NCBI GenBank assembly: GCA_021786315.1
Contig: JAJYNN010000003.1
Span: 3,360-67,359 of the forward strand
Direction of reading: 5' to 3'
Length of the DNA: 64,000 nucleotides
DNA from: a bacterium
Lineage (GTDB): Bacteria; Patescibacteriota; Microgenomatia; Daviesbacterales; UBA10151
Below are positions 19,039 to 28,588 of the stretch, in pieces (within the stretch, counting starts at the first letter, position 1; the number at the start of each line of letters is the position of its first letter). The position numbers were made by a program, and so were the translations under genes. The notes under the pieces are model-generated. The model saw nothing but the letters and a program-made list of their open reading frames with translations. It was not told the origin of the DNA and ran no database searches.

Positions 19039-19922
19039 TGCCCTAGATGTTCTTCCCAGAGAGTAAGAAGCGCTGTGGCATTAAAGATTGAAGAATAAGT
19101 ACCGGAAATAATCCCTACCAAAAGGGCTACCACAAACCATTTAATTGTTTCCCCTCCGAAAAGAAGTAACGCCAAAAGCACAAAAACTACAGTTAGTGAA
19201 GTGTTTAAGGATCTGGCTAAAGTTTGGGCCACAGAGATATTGGCAACTTCGGTAAAGCTCCTTGATAAATACTTGGGAAGATTTTCGCGGATCCGGTCAA
19301 AAACCACAATTGTGTCATGCACGGAAAAACCAATGACTGTTAAAAGCGCGGTAATAAACAGGACATCCACTTCCACCCCGAAAAAGTGGCCCAGGATAGA
19401 AAAAATACCAACTAACGCTAAAACATCGTGCAGCAATGCCGCTACAGCCGTCACACCAAACCTCCAGGAAGATGCCGGTTTAGGGACTTTCCTGAAAGCT
19501 AAAGTCAGGTAGATAACAATCATAACCGAAGCTAATATAACTGCAATAAAAGCATTCCTGGTTGTTTCTCCGCCGATAACCGGGCCAACACTCTCCTGCC
19601 TCACCTCCTGCAGCGGCCCGAACTTTTTCTCCAGCGCCCCTTTCACCTCAGTAATTTTTGCCTGGTCCAGCGGTTTAGTCCTAAAAATATAGGTATCAGT
19701 TCCGGAATCAACAATTGTCGAAACCTCAATCCCTTGAGAGTTTATTTCCTGGCGGGCAGTATTTTTATCAATAGCAGTATTAAACTTATATTCCAAAAGC
19801 GTGCCTCCGGTAAAATCAATGCCTAGACGAAGTCCGTATAAAACAAGAGACACCAGTCCGGGAATAATTACCAGAAGGGATAAAGCAAAAAACCACCATT
19901 TTTTGCCCATTAAATCAGTCAT
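19035..19922 (-). CDS. secF: Protein translocase subunit SecF
   Basis: LGIDFTGG, GFSVHDTIVVFDRIRE, GTYSSIF. Confidence 0.95.
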   Translation of the reverse strand: MTDLMGKKWWFFALSLLVIIPGLVSLVLYGLRLGIDFTGGTLLEYKFNTAIDKNTARQEINSQGIEVSTIVDSGTDTYIFRTKPLDQAKITEVKGALEKKFGPLQEVRQESVGPVIGGETTRNAFIAVILASVMIVIYLTLAFRKVPKPASSWRFGVTAVAALLHDVLALVGIFSILGHFFGVEVDVLFITALLTVIGFSVHDTIVVFDRIRENLPKYLSRSFTEVANISVAQTLARSLNTSLTVVFVLLALLLFGGETIKWFVVALLVGIISGTYSSIFNATALLTLWEEHLGH

Positions 19923-20245
19923 GAATTTTTTGCCTCCTTGATATCTTCATGCAATTCATCTTTCAACTTATTGACAGTTTTTTTAATCTCCTCTTCGATA
20001 TTTTCAACCTTGGAACTCAAAAACTCCATTAATTTTTCGTCATCAGGATTATCCTTTAACCTGGCAAGAAAGGCTTTCTTATCCTCGTCAGAGAGTTTGG
20101 AAAGTATGAGTTCAAAAACCGTATGGTGGATAGTCGAATCGACCAAAGCTGCCAAATGAATTTTTTGTTCCTCGGTCAAGTCCAACTCATCAAGTTTGAC
20201 TGTCACTGATTCAATTTCCACTAAATGCGAGTAGAAGTGCTTCAT
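19919..20245 (-). CDS. Acidic helical hypothetical protein
   Basis: 108-aa ORF overlapping both neighbours by 4 nt. Confidence 0.8.
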   Translation of the reverse strand: MKHFYSHLVEIESVTVKLDELDLTEEQKIHLAALVDSTIHHTVFELILSKLSDEDKKAFLARLKDNPDDEKLMEFLSSKVENIEEEIKKTVNKLKDELHEDIKEAKNS

Positions 20246-21162
20246 AATTTTATTATCCCCTGACTTTCAGGTGATCCGGAAACCGATTTCATCTGCACCG
20301 GTCCCAAGGGTATTGAATCATTCGGGTCATCAATAAAAAAGTATAATACTGCACCTTTTCTCGGACCTCCGGCCAATCCCAAATAATGCATAACCTCCGG
20401 CGACCCGCCCAAATGTTTTCCTGTCCATTCAGCCGGTCCGGCATCACCGACAACCGCCACCACCGACTGCCCGGTTTTGGGGTTTACCACCAACATTTTA
20501 CGATATTTGAAAAAGTCCCGGTATTTCCCGACGTTTTCCGCAAATCCCGGCGCTAAAAATGTTTGCACTGCCAAGTAATATCTCTCCCTTTCGGCATCTT
20601 TGGCAGTAAATTGTGCCTGGGAAGGAGCAAAGTAGCCCCAAGCCCCAAGCCCCGGAGCAATGCCCGCCGGGCCATACATTGCCCAATCAGAAGCATTTTC
20701 TGCATGCTTGTACACATCATCCCCTGGATAACGGTATAAGTGCTGTTCCCCGCCAATCATTCCATATGACCGGTTAAGCCGTATTCCCTGCATCTCCGCT
20801 TCTACCTTAAACCCCATTTTCTCAGAAATGGTCTGGGTAATTTTCCCTTCTTCCTCCGGAGTTAATTTTCGAACATCTTCCGGCACCTGGTCTTTTAAAG
20901 CTAAAGCCAATAAGGCATTTTTGTCCTCCGCCCTGGTAATTCCTCCATCAGTGGTAATGGTGTGATTCGGCAGCGCTGCAGTCATCCCCGGGGTATTCAA
21001 CAGCATTAGGCCTCCCAATCCTCCCAAAGTTATATGCCGCAAAGTGTCACCATGCAAAGAAGCCAGCTTGTCAGCTGCCTCTTTATGTCTGCCCAGCCAT
21101 TTCTTTCTTAAATGTTCGTAATGTGGTTTTTTAGAAAAAAATTTCATAATTTTTGTCCTCAA
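20242..21162 (-). CDS. Hypothetical protein with a possible RlpA-like DPBB C-terminus
   Basis: LVVNPKTGQSVVAVVGDAGPA resembles the V.V.N..TG.SV.V.V.DRGP pattern; alternative ATG at 21147. Confidence 0.7.
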   Translation of the reverse strand: MRTKIMKFFSKKPHYEHLRKKWLGRHKEAADKLASLHGDTLRHITLGGLGGLMLLNTPGMTAALPNHTITTDGGITRAEDKNALLALALKDQVPEDVRKLTPEEEGKITQTISEKMGFKVEAEMQGIRLNRSYGMIGGEQHLYRYPGDDVYKHAENASDWAMYGPAGIAPGLGAWGYFAPSQAQFTAKDAERERYYLAVQTFLAPGFAENVGKYRDFFKYRKMLVVNPKTGQSVVAVVGDAGPAEWTGKHLGGSPEVMHYLGLAGGPRKGAVLYFFIDDPNDSIPLGPVQMKSVSGSPESQGIIKL

Positions 21163-21168
21163 AAATTA

Positions 21169-21253
21169 CAGGATCGTTTTGACGCAGTCAAAAGGTAGCC
21201 CATTAGACAATTCATTGTCGCAGGATCGTTTTGACGAAGTCAAAAGGTAGCCC
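21169..21253 (+). repeat. Two 33-bp direct repeats with internal triloop hairpins
   Basis: CAGGATCGTTTTGACG(C/A)AGTCAAAAGGTAGCCC at 21169-21201 and 21221-21253, 19-nt spacer. Confidence 0.9.
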
Positions 21254-21265
21254 TATTTTTTTATT

Positions 21266-22663
21266 TTACCTCCTAAATCTTGGCAAAAGCCTCATAAAAG
21301 TCCTGGTGACAACAATTGCCGAAAACATGGAAACAGCCACACCAATTAAAAATGTCACTGCAAAACCCTGGACTATGGAAGTGCCAAACCTTAATAAGAT
21401 AACACCGGTAATCATTGAGGAGACATTGGAATCCCTGATTGAAGTCCAGGCCCTATTAAAACCCTGCTCCAAAGCTATCTTTCCCGTCTTACCTGAGCGC
21501 ATTTCTTCTTTCATCCTCTCAAAAGTCAAAATATTGGCATCCACCGCCATACCAATGGACAATATAAAGCCGGCAATCCCTGCCAGCGTTAGAGTAATCG
21601 GAGGAATTAAGAAAAGTCCGGTCCTAAAGATAGTCAGCACTAACAAGGTATAAACAATCAAAGCCAGGTCAGCCAAAATTCCATACAAACCATAATAGGA
21701 AACCATAAACAACATTACAGTCACAATTCCGATTAAACCGGCTACCAGGCTTTTCTGGACTGATTGGTTGCCTAAAGTTGCCCCGATAGTCCGCTGCTGG
21801 ATAATTTCAATCGGCACCGGCAAAGCTCCGGCATTAAGCTGGATCGCTAAATCCTTCGCCTCCTGAGTAGTAAAACTACCGGTAATCACTGCATTACCGC
21901 CGACAATCTCATTGGAGACAACCGGAGCGCTGACAAAAGAGTTGTCCAGAAAGATAATTAAGGGCTTACCTACATTTCTTTTAGTGATATCGGCAAACTT
22001 TTTAGCGCCCTCATCAGTAAATTCAATTGATACTTCCGGTCCGCTTTGCCCTTTGGTGGAGCCAAAAGTAACCGAGGCTTTCTTTAAGTCAGCCCCGGTA
22101 AGCCCCGTGGACTTGGCATACAGAAGCAGTGGTTTACCTGATTTAGAGGCTTCTTCTTCCGCTCCCGGAGGAAGCTCACGAAAATCCAATTGAGCAGTTT
22201 TACCAACCAGGCTGGCTGCTGCTGAAGCATCTTTTACGCCAGGGAGTTCAACCAAAATCCTTCTGTCATTCCCCAGTTTAGAGGATTGAACAACCGATTC
22301 TGAAACCCCATAAAGGTTAACCCTTCTTTCAATTACCTGTCTGGCTGATTCTAAAGCAGTGTCCCGGTCCTCAGGTTTAATCTTGTCCATCTTGGTCTCT
22401 AAGACCAGTTCGCTCCCGCCTTGTAAATCAAGCCCTAATTTTACCGGGAATCTTCCAAAAAGATGAGGCGCTGTTAAAAAATCTAAGTTAACCTGTTTTC
22501 CAAAGGCTTTGACGGAAAGCTTGGTATTTTTAATAAATCCCAAGTCAATTTTTACACCTCCGACCTGGACAGAAGGAGGGAAATCAGTCACAGGAGGGGT
22601 ATTAACCCACACCGAAAACAGCGTTAATATAATTAGTATCCAAAGAACGAGTCTAGGCCGCAT
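21266..22663 (-). CDS. secD: Protein translocase subunit SecD
   Basis: LGLDLQGG, LNAGALP, IGMAVDANIL.FER.KEE, IRDSN. Confidence 0.95.
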   Translation of the reverse strand: MRPRLVLWILIILTLFSVWVNTPPVTDFPPSVQVGGVKIDLGFIKNTKLSVKAFGKQVNLDFLTAPHLFGRFPVKLGLDLQGGSELVLETKMDKIKPEDRDTALESARQVIERRVNLYGVSESVVQSSKLGNDRRILVELPGVKDASAAASLVGKTAQLDFRELPPGAEEEASKSGKPLLLYAKSTGLTGADLKKASVTFGSTKGQSGPEVSIEFTDEGAKKFADITKRNVGKPLIIFLDNSFVSAPVVSNEIVGGNAVITGSFTTQEAKDLAIQLNAGALPVPIEIIQQRTIGATLGNQSVQKSLVAGLIGIVTVMLFMVSYYGLYGILADLALIVYTLLVLTIFRTGLFLIPPITLTLAGIAGFILSIGMAVDANILTFERMKEEMRSGKTGKIALEQGFNRAWTSIRDSNVSSMITGVILLRFGTSIVQGFAVTFLIGVAVSMFSAIVVTRTFMRLLPRFRR

Positions 22664-22670
22664 GTGGAAA

Positions 22671-22728
22671 TTATAATTTGAGCGTAGCGAGAATTACAAG
22701 ATCTCGCCGCAGGCGAGTAGCCTTATAA
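22671..22728 (+). repeat. 58-bp TTATAA-bounded intergenic element, copy 1
   Basis: Closely matches the reverse complement of 46338-46395. Confidence 0.85.
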
Positions 22729-22741
22729 GCTACAAGATAGT

Positions 22742-23326
22742 TTAAATCACTACCCCAGAGAGTAAATCCTCTTCATCCCCTTGAAGCATTACCTTAGGCT
22801 GAGTAATTACCCTTAAAATAAACGGGTCGCGGCGTTTAACCCGAAACTGGAATTCCGCCTCATCCATAACTGAATAGTTAATTTCCGAGGTCCGTTTCGT
22901 CTGTTCATCCGCTACAAGTGCCTGTAGCTCCGGTAAAACAACCTGCCCAACGATTAAAAGATCGACATCTTCCGGTCCGGAAGGTTGATTTTTCAAAAAA
23001 CGGGTAGCCATCATGGCATATTTAATCCGGCCGAGCTTTCCCCGGTTTTTGACAATTGCTCCTCCAAGCCCTGCAGTTTTGGCCACAAAACCTAAAAGTT
23101 CAGGATAAAAGACATAATCCTTTCGGGCATGGTAAAGCCTACGGTTGGCTCTCCACTCTGAGGCTACTAGTCCTTGTTTCTCCATTCTCTCAAGCTCACG
23201 CCTGACAGCGTTAATTTCCTCACCCGTCCGCCTGACAATTTCCCGAACATGAAGTAACGGCTCAGTAGCTGTAAGAAGAAGCACCAGAAGTTTTACCCGG
23301 ACACGAGATACAAATAAATCTTCCAT
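22742..23326 (-). CDS. wHTH plus nucleotidyltransferase-like putative regulator
   Basis: HVREIVRRTGEEINAVRRELERME (HTH) and DVDLLIVG (NTase-like). Confidence 0.8.
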   Translation of the reverse strand: MEDLFVSRVRVKLLVLLLTATEPLLHVREIVRRTGEEINAVRRELERMEKQGLVASEWRANRRLYHARKDYVFYPELLGFVAKTAGLGGAIVKNRGKLGRIKYAMMATRFLKNQPSGPEDVDLLIVGQVVLPELQALVADEQTKRTSEINYSVMDEAEFQFRVKRRDPFILRVITQPKVMLQGDEEDLLSGVVI

Positions 23327-23359
23327 TTTTTTAACCTCCTTTCCAGGCAGACTTGTAAC

Positions 23360-24559
23360 CTAATATTTCACCGTGGATCCCTCCGGGACAGTCTGGATCC
23401 AGATGACTCCTCTGTTAAAGGCAACCTCATTGCCTTTTGAATCAACATATTTCGTGCGGGAAGTACGCGAGTTCTTTATCCATTTTCCCTTAATGACGTT
23501 ACCATCCTGGAAAAATAAGGCGTCACCTTGACCCGTAGTTTTATAAAGCAAATGGACGTTATTCTCATACCCATCGTTCGCGTGAGATTCCCGTTCAAAT
23601 TGGACAACAATATTTTTGGCTGAAAGCTGTTGCTTGTTATCAAAATCTAAATGAGGAACACCGCCATTTTCCCTCTTGTAGGTATTGCTCGCGGCATCAT
23701 AAGTCCATTTAACCGAGTAATCACCGTATCCCTGCCAGAAGTCGACATTAATTACATTCGTGGTTCCCCCGGCTTTGTCATCTTTAAACTTCCAGGGGAC
23801 AAAGGAGTCAGCCCACTTCTTGCCATTTTCATCAGTAGCGGTCCACCCCCGTTTGGCTCCAATATCCCAAAGCTTTGCCGTTGTTGAATACATCGTGTGT
23901 TCTGTGGCTACAGAATGGCCCAATCTTTGATAATCCCTCCAGAAAGTGGGGAAACCGATACTGAATTGGTTTAAGTCCTTAACCCCGTATTTGATAATCT
24001 GCCCCAGCGCATCAGCCGGACCGGAGGAGTTCGCTCCCCCTACATGGGCATAGAGGGCATCGTACTCCCCTAGCCAATCAAGAAAGTAAGTCCTGGCTGA
24101 ACGCACGGGTCCCACCTGGGCATCGTTAAGATTACAATAGAAAACTCCCATGAAACGGGTGATTCCACCCTCTGCCACTGCTTCATAAACAATATCCGCT
24201 GAAGAAAGCCCGGATTGCGGACGGGCTTCAGTGTGGTTTTCAATCATTACTGCCAAAGGCCGGCGCTTTTCCCAATTAGCTTTAGCTTCCTGGGTATGCA
24301 TACTCCCGTTTAAGGGGCACTCTGCAGTTTTTGGTGCTTTAGGATCCTCAGTGACTGCATTTGAGGCACTCGGCAAAGCGGTTACCAGTGTATTATCCCC
24401 TATTGAAACCCTGCTATTGGAAAATAAGGAATAAGATGTGTACGCTGAAACCACGAACAAAACAATGGAAAAGATAGAGATGACTAGACTTTTTTGGACA
24501 CTAGTTAAGTTATTAAAAATGTTTAATGGTTTCATTCTTTTTAAAATTATTTCCCCCAA
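23360..24559 (-). CDS. DUF3048 / YerB-like extracellular protein
   Basis: PLAVMIEN..ARPQSGL..AD.VYE..AEGGITR, GPVRSAR.YF. Confidence 0.88.
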   Translation of the reverse strand: MGEIILKRMKPLNIFNNLTSVQKSLVISIFSIVLFVVSAYTSYSLFSNSRVSIGDNTLVTALPSASNAVTEDPKAPKTAECPLNGSMHTQEAKANWEKRRPLAVMIENHTEARPQSGLSSADIVYEAVAEGGITRFMGVFYCNLNDAQVGPVRSARTYFLDWLGEYDALYAHVGGANSSGPADALGQIIKYGVKDLNQFSIGFPTFWRDYQRLGHSVATEHTMYSTTAKLWDIGAKRGWTATDENGKKWADSFVPWKFKDDKAGGTTNVINVDFWQGYGDYSVKWTYDAASNTYKRENGGVPHLDFDNKQQLSAKNIVVQFERESHANDGYENNVHLLYKTTGQGDALFFQDGNVIKGKWIKNSRTSRTKYVDSKGNEVAFNRGVIWIQTVPEGSTVKY

Positions 24560-24984
24560 GCCTCTTTGACCACTTCCTCTTCTTCATTAGAAAACTTAAA
24601 CCCATCCTCATGTCCGGAGGCTACCGGTTTGGCAAACACCCTTGTTCCTGCGCGGGAATGCAGGCTGGTCATCACCAATCCGTTCCCACACCCATCAAGT
24701 AAACTTAAAGAAAAGCTTTGGTCCCCACCAGTATCATGGTAAGGATTGTATCTTTTCAAAGCTACTTTTTGAATGTGCAATAAGCTTTCTTTTTTAAAAT
24801 CTTCCAAACCTCTGACCTCTTCCAAAACCTCATTTAGTTTTTCCCGGAAATTCTTCCCATCTTTCGGAAAAAGCTTTTTTAAAAAAGAGCTTTCTTTTAA
24901 AACTAAGTAACTTAAAATAAGTATCCAGACAAAACTGACCAAACTCCAAATCTCAAGCACCAATCCCGCGCCGTCTGAATACAT
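24547..24984 (-). CDS. DUF4446-family protein
   Basis: RYNPYHDTGGDQSFS..LLD..GNG.V.TSLHSR..TRVFAKP. Confidence 0.85.
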   Translation of the reverse strand: MYSDGAGLVLEIWSLVSFVWILILSYLVLKESSFLKKLFPKDGKNFREKLNEVLEEVRGLEDFKKESLLHIQKVALKRYNPYHDTGGDQSFSLSLLDGCGNGLVMTSLHSRAGTRVFAKPVASGHEDGFKFSNEEEEVVKEAWGK

Positions 24985-25067
24985 AAATTACTCTTTTAAT
25001 ATATACAGAATATCTAAACTTTGTCAATGGAGGCTGGTACACAGAGATGTAGTATAGTTATCTATAG

Positions 25068-25817
25068 ATGAATGAAGTAGGTGAAATTCCCCAATCACCA
25101 GAACAAGATAAAATTACCCTGACCTTGCAAATTGGCAGGCACGGGGAAAAGGATGAAAAAGGCAAGCTTTCCCCTATTGACACTAAACCGTCTGAGTTAG
25201 GGCAGAGACTGGGACCTCTCACGAAAGTTTTCTCCGCTTTTATGCCCCGGGTAGTGCAAACTGCAGAAAAGATCAGCGAGGGAGCAGAAACTTCCTACGT
25301 TCCAAGACAAAGAGCAGAACTGGTTAATTCCGGACTTTTCCGAATGTATTATCCTGAATATGTCAGGCAAAAAGATGAGGATTATGATACTTGGGAAGCA
25401 AGAGTTATGGACAATCCCCGAGCCAGAGAAATTATTGCCTCAGGAATCGCCACTCAAATTGAACACTTCCGGGAAATGGCCAGAAGACAAAAAGTTGCCC
25501 CAGGCTCTAACCTGAATTTTCCCCAAGTCACCCATGATTTAGAAATTGCTGCCTTCTTAAAAGAGGCCCTTATCAGAGAGGTTAACGGCCAGGAAGTACA
25601 CGGGTTTGAGAACATTAATGAGATTGGTGGGCCTATTTCTGAGAATGAATATTTTGATGTCAGGATTGAAAGATCAGGAGACAGTGAAAATATTTCTTTT
25701 AGCTTTGAGAATCCCCAAAGGCTTCCAGGAATAAATTGTCGGTTAGATTTGGGCAAGGTAGAGGAGTTGGCAAAATTTTATAAGGAAGAGATGGCAAAAC
25801 AAAGCCCTTCAGCCTAA
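25068..25817 (+). CDS. Histidine phosphatase superfamily protein
   Basis: GRHGEK, R..QTA and VTHD motifs. Confidence 0.7.
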   Translation: MNEVGEIPQSPEQDKITLTLQIGRHGEKDEKGKLSPIDTKPSELGQRLGPLTKVFSAFMPRVVQTAEKISEGAETSYVPRQRAELVNSGLFRMYYPEYVRQKDEDYDTWEARVMDNPRAREIIASGIATQIEHFREMARRQKVAPGSNLNFPQVTHDLEIAAFLKEALIREVNGQEVHGFENINEIGGPISENEYFDVRIERSGDSENISFSFENPQRLPGINCRLDLGKVEELAKFYKEEMAKQSPSA

Positions 25818-26135
25818 CCTGGTCACTTTTCCGCTCTCTGCGTCTACTTCTATCTCATCTCCTGTTTTTAATGTTTTCGTGGCACCGTGTACTCCCACCA
25901 AACAGGGAATTTGTAGTTCCCGGGAAATAATAGCAGCGTGACAAAGAACTCCTCCGGTATTAATTACCACTGCCTTAGCTTTTCTCATAACAGTTACAAA
26001 AGTTGGTCTCGTCTCCTCCGTCACTAAAATTTCCCCTTCCTGAAAATTAGCAAACTCTTTTTCCTCTAGGATAATCCGGACTGCTCCTTTTGCCTTCCCT
26101 TTTGATCCGATAACCCCCTTCAAAATTTTAGACAT
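25809..26135 (-). CDS. Stand-alone PEP-utilising enzyme mobile (phospho-His) domain
   Basis: GGVLCHAAIISRELQIPC.VG. Confidence 0.88.
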   Translation of the reverse strand: MSKILKGVIGSKGKAKGAVRIILEEKEFANFQEGEILVTEETRPTFVTVMRKAKAVVINTGGVLCHAAIISRELQIPCLVGVHGATKTLKTGDEIEVDAESGKVTRLG

Positions 26136-26526
26136 CGCTATCCCCCAAAATTTCTTTCACAACTTTGCTTTCAGGTTCAGCTGCCCTGATAAACTGTTCG
26201 GCAGAATTAATAGCGATAACTTTGTCACTTACAGTTTTTGCTTCCTTAAAATAGCCCAGCACTTCCCGGGCGAATTGTGACCATTCTGAACCATCTGCTC
26301 CGATAGCTTCAGTGTATCTACCAATCCGGGGTAAAACCTTGTTTTCCATAACATTTTCCATCTCAGAAAAAACCTGAGATATTAACTGCTCATTGTGTAT
26401 TCCATTTAAATTGTCCTCGGAGATCTGTTCTAATTCATCCCAATAATCCTTACATAAATCATCCCACCCGGCTCCCCAATTCGAGCCGCCACCTGACTTC
26501 TTTCTTCTTTTAAATTCGTAATTCAT
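26128..26526 (-). CDS. Hypothetical protein
   Basis: 132-aa ORF overlapping the PEP-mobile-domain gene. Confidence 0.7.
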   Translation of the reverse strand: MNYEFKRRKKSGGGSNWGAGWDDLCKDYWDELEQISEDNLNGIHNEQLISQVFSEMENVMENKVLPRIGRYTEAIGADGSEWSQFAREVLGYFKEAKTVSDKVIAINSAEQFIRAAEPESKVVKEILGDSDV

Positions 26527-26690
26527 AATTAGTATCTGTTTTGATTCTACTGAATCTATAGGTCATTTAGCAATCCAGACACACAAAACGTCTAGATATG
26601 TCAAGCTTGACAGGCTCAAAATTCCATGCTAGGCTCAAATGAGCTTGGGAATTAGCCTTGATAAAGCTAATTTCCTCCAGATAAGACAAG

Positions 26691-26981
26691 ATGGGATACT
26701 CTCAATCCAAAAAACAAACCGAAGCAGAGAAAAAACTTCAGGCCATTAGGATGCAGCTTTATGGTAAAGAGGAGAAGGAACCGTCAAAGCCCGCAGCCCA
26801 AACCAACACCAATTCCAAAACTTTTCAGTTTACCGCTCCAAGTTCCACAAACACCAACCAAAGCGCTGACAGCAGTTATTTAAAAAGAGACCTCTTTAAA
26901 ACCCTGGTGCTGGCCACCTTTGCTATTGCAGCCCAACTTTTACTGTATTTCAGTTTAAACCGTGGGCTACTTAAATTTTAA
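26691..26981 (+). CDS. Hypothetical protein with C-terminal TM helix
   Basis: 96-aa ORF downstream of a TTGACA-N17-TAGGCT promoter-like sequence. Confidence 0.75.
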   Translation: MGYSQSKKQTEAEKKLQAIRMQLYGKEEKEPSKPAAQTNTNSKTFQFTAPSSTNTNQSADSSYLKRDLFKTLVLATFAIAAQLLLYFSLNRGLLKF

Positions 26982-27007
26982 CTTAACCGAAAGGAGGTGA
27001 ATCGATC

Positions 27008-27151
27008 ATGCAAATGTACTGCGTAAAATGCCGCCAAAAGCAAGAGGTTAACAACCCTCAAGAAGTCACAATGAAAAATGGCAAGAAAGCTACTAAAGCT
27101 ACTTGTTCTGTTTGTGGCACTGGCACTTACAGAATTGGAGGCGCTGCTTAA
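27008..27151 (+). CDS. DUF5679-like small zinc-ribbon protein (47 aa)
   Basis: Not in ORF track. MQMYCVKCRQKQEVNNPQEVTMKNGKKATKATCSVCGTGTYRIGGAA with two CxxC and a strong SD GAAAGGAGGTGA. Confidence 0.88.
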   Translation: MQMYCVKCRQKQEVNNPQEVTMKNGKKATKATCSVCGTGTYRIGGAA

Positions 27152-27205
27152 TTGGCGTTTCCTTGCCCCGGTTCAACCGGGGTTGGTGAAATTTCACCAT
27201 TTGTG

Positions 27206-27233
27206 AAAGACCCTGCAGCTTTGCGGGGTTTTT
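27206..27233. terminator. Probable intrinsic terminator between convergent genes
   Basis: AAAGACCCTGCA-GCTT-TGCGGGGTTTTT hairpin. Confidence 0.7.
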
Positions 27234-27258
27234 CATGGTTTATAAACTATTAGGGAGA

Positions 27259-28578
27259 TTAACCAACAGCAAAAAGGGAGGCTTGGCTTTCCTGGCTAAT
27301 ATCGGATTGTCCTTGTTCCAGCATTGCCAGTAAAGCATCGGTGCGATGAGCTAAAACCAAATCTTCGGCAATTTCCCGGACTTTATCCTCTTGTCCATTT
27401 CCTATCATTTCCCCAGCCAGTTGCGAGAGGTGAGTAAGCCAAGGCTCTATAAGCCTGATCGCAGCACGGTGAGCTCTTACTGTTTGTTTTTCCGTATAAG
27501 GTGAGGTTCCTTTTTTTAATATCTCAGCCTTATACAGCCCGCCAATTTTTCTTAAATGTTCTGTTACATCTGACAAATCATCTACTGTACTTCTTAGAAC
27601 AGCCCGATGTTGAGCTTCCACCATTGCTTCTCGCGCATCATCCGTGAAGAACAAATCAATCATATTCGTCTGCCCGCCTTTAAGGTTAAAAATTTCTTCG
27701 GATATTTTTTTAGCAAAAGCACCCACTGTTTTATAACCTTCAGTCCCCCATTTTATTGCCCAATTAAGCTGGTCAAATTCCGAAATCCGGCCTTCCTCAA
27801 CAAAGGGGTTAAGCCGGGCAATCTCACAAGCTGCCGGATAGGGAAGGGTCTTCGCATCCACAGCATCCTGAATTTGCTTTGGTACCTCAGCATACCTGAG
27901 GGCATTTCTGACGAAATGTTCCGGCCTACCTAATTCTCTAGCTATAACTTTGGGGGTACATGCTGGATCTTCCTCTTTACGGGATTGAAAATAGGCTTTC
28001 ATAACTTCTGCTTCCCTCTGAGGAGCAACCGGCATATGGGTGTTTTCGCGCATTTGGATTTTGAATCCCCTTTCAAAAGTAATATTTGGTTTCAGGTTAA
28101 CCACCACTAAGCCATCTTTTATATGGCGCTGATAACAACCCCCGGGCCCATACTCTTCGTTACAGTCAATACACCCTACAGTTTCTAAATATTGTATTGC
28201 AGCTGTCCGTCTACCTCCTGCAGCTACTATGCAATAATATTTCCCTTCCTCTCCAGTAACACTCACTAAATCGTCAATTTGGGTATTCGTCCCCCACCTT
28301 TTATTATGCCCGTTTAAATATTCGAGGCAGTGTTCTTCGTCTAAATAAGCCGCAATAATGGGATGAAGTAACCCATTTTCGCGAGCTATGGCAAGTGCTA
28401 AGTTGTCAATTTGCTCAAACTCTCTCCTAACCTGAGTTAAAACATTGAGGACAGCACGGGGTATTCTTACAAACGGATTCCATTCAAGCTCAGATGCAGA
28501 TCTATCGATGTGGAACAATGAGGAAACAGGAGAGTCAGGTTCCAAAACTGTCCTGTTACTTTTACGTTCAGCCACCAT
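27259..28578 (-). CDS. ParB-family protein (ParB/Srx domain, HTH, extended C-terminus)
   Basis: QVRREF..LALAI...GLLHPI...AAGGRRTAA (GxRR box), REN, IARELGRPEHFVRNALR HTH; Cys-rich insert CIDC..C..H. Confidence 0.85.
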   Translation of the reverse strand: MVAERKSNRTVLEPDSPVSSLFHIDRSASELEWNPFVRIPRAVLNVLTQVRREFEQIDNLALAIARENGLLHPIIAAYLDEEHCLEYLNGHNKRWGTNTQIDDLVSVTGEEGKYYCIVAAGGRRTAAIQYLETVGCIDCNEEYGPGGCYQRHIKDGLVVVNLKPNITFERGFKIQMRENTHMPVAPQREAEVMKAYFQSRKEEDPACTPKVIARELGRPEHFVRNALRYAEVPKQIQDAVDAKTLPYPAACEIARLNPFVEEGRISEFDQLNWAIKWGTEGYKTVGAFAKKISEEIFNLKGGQTNMIDLFFTDDAREAMVEAQHRAVLRSTVDDLSDVTEHLRKIGGLYKAEILKKGTSPYTEKQTVRAHRAAIRLIEPWLTHLSQLAGEMIGNGQEDKVREIAEDLVLAHRTDALLAMLEQGQSDISQESQASLFAVG

Positions 28579-28588
28579 ATCGCATCGA

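Noticed and set aside
21169-21253. Possible mini CRISPR array
   Set aside because: Only two units, a 19-nt self-complementary spacer and no cas genes; it fits the intergenic hairpin repeat family.
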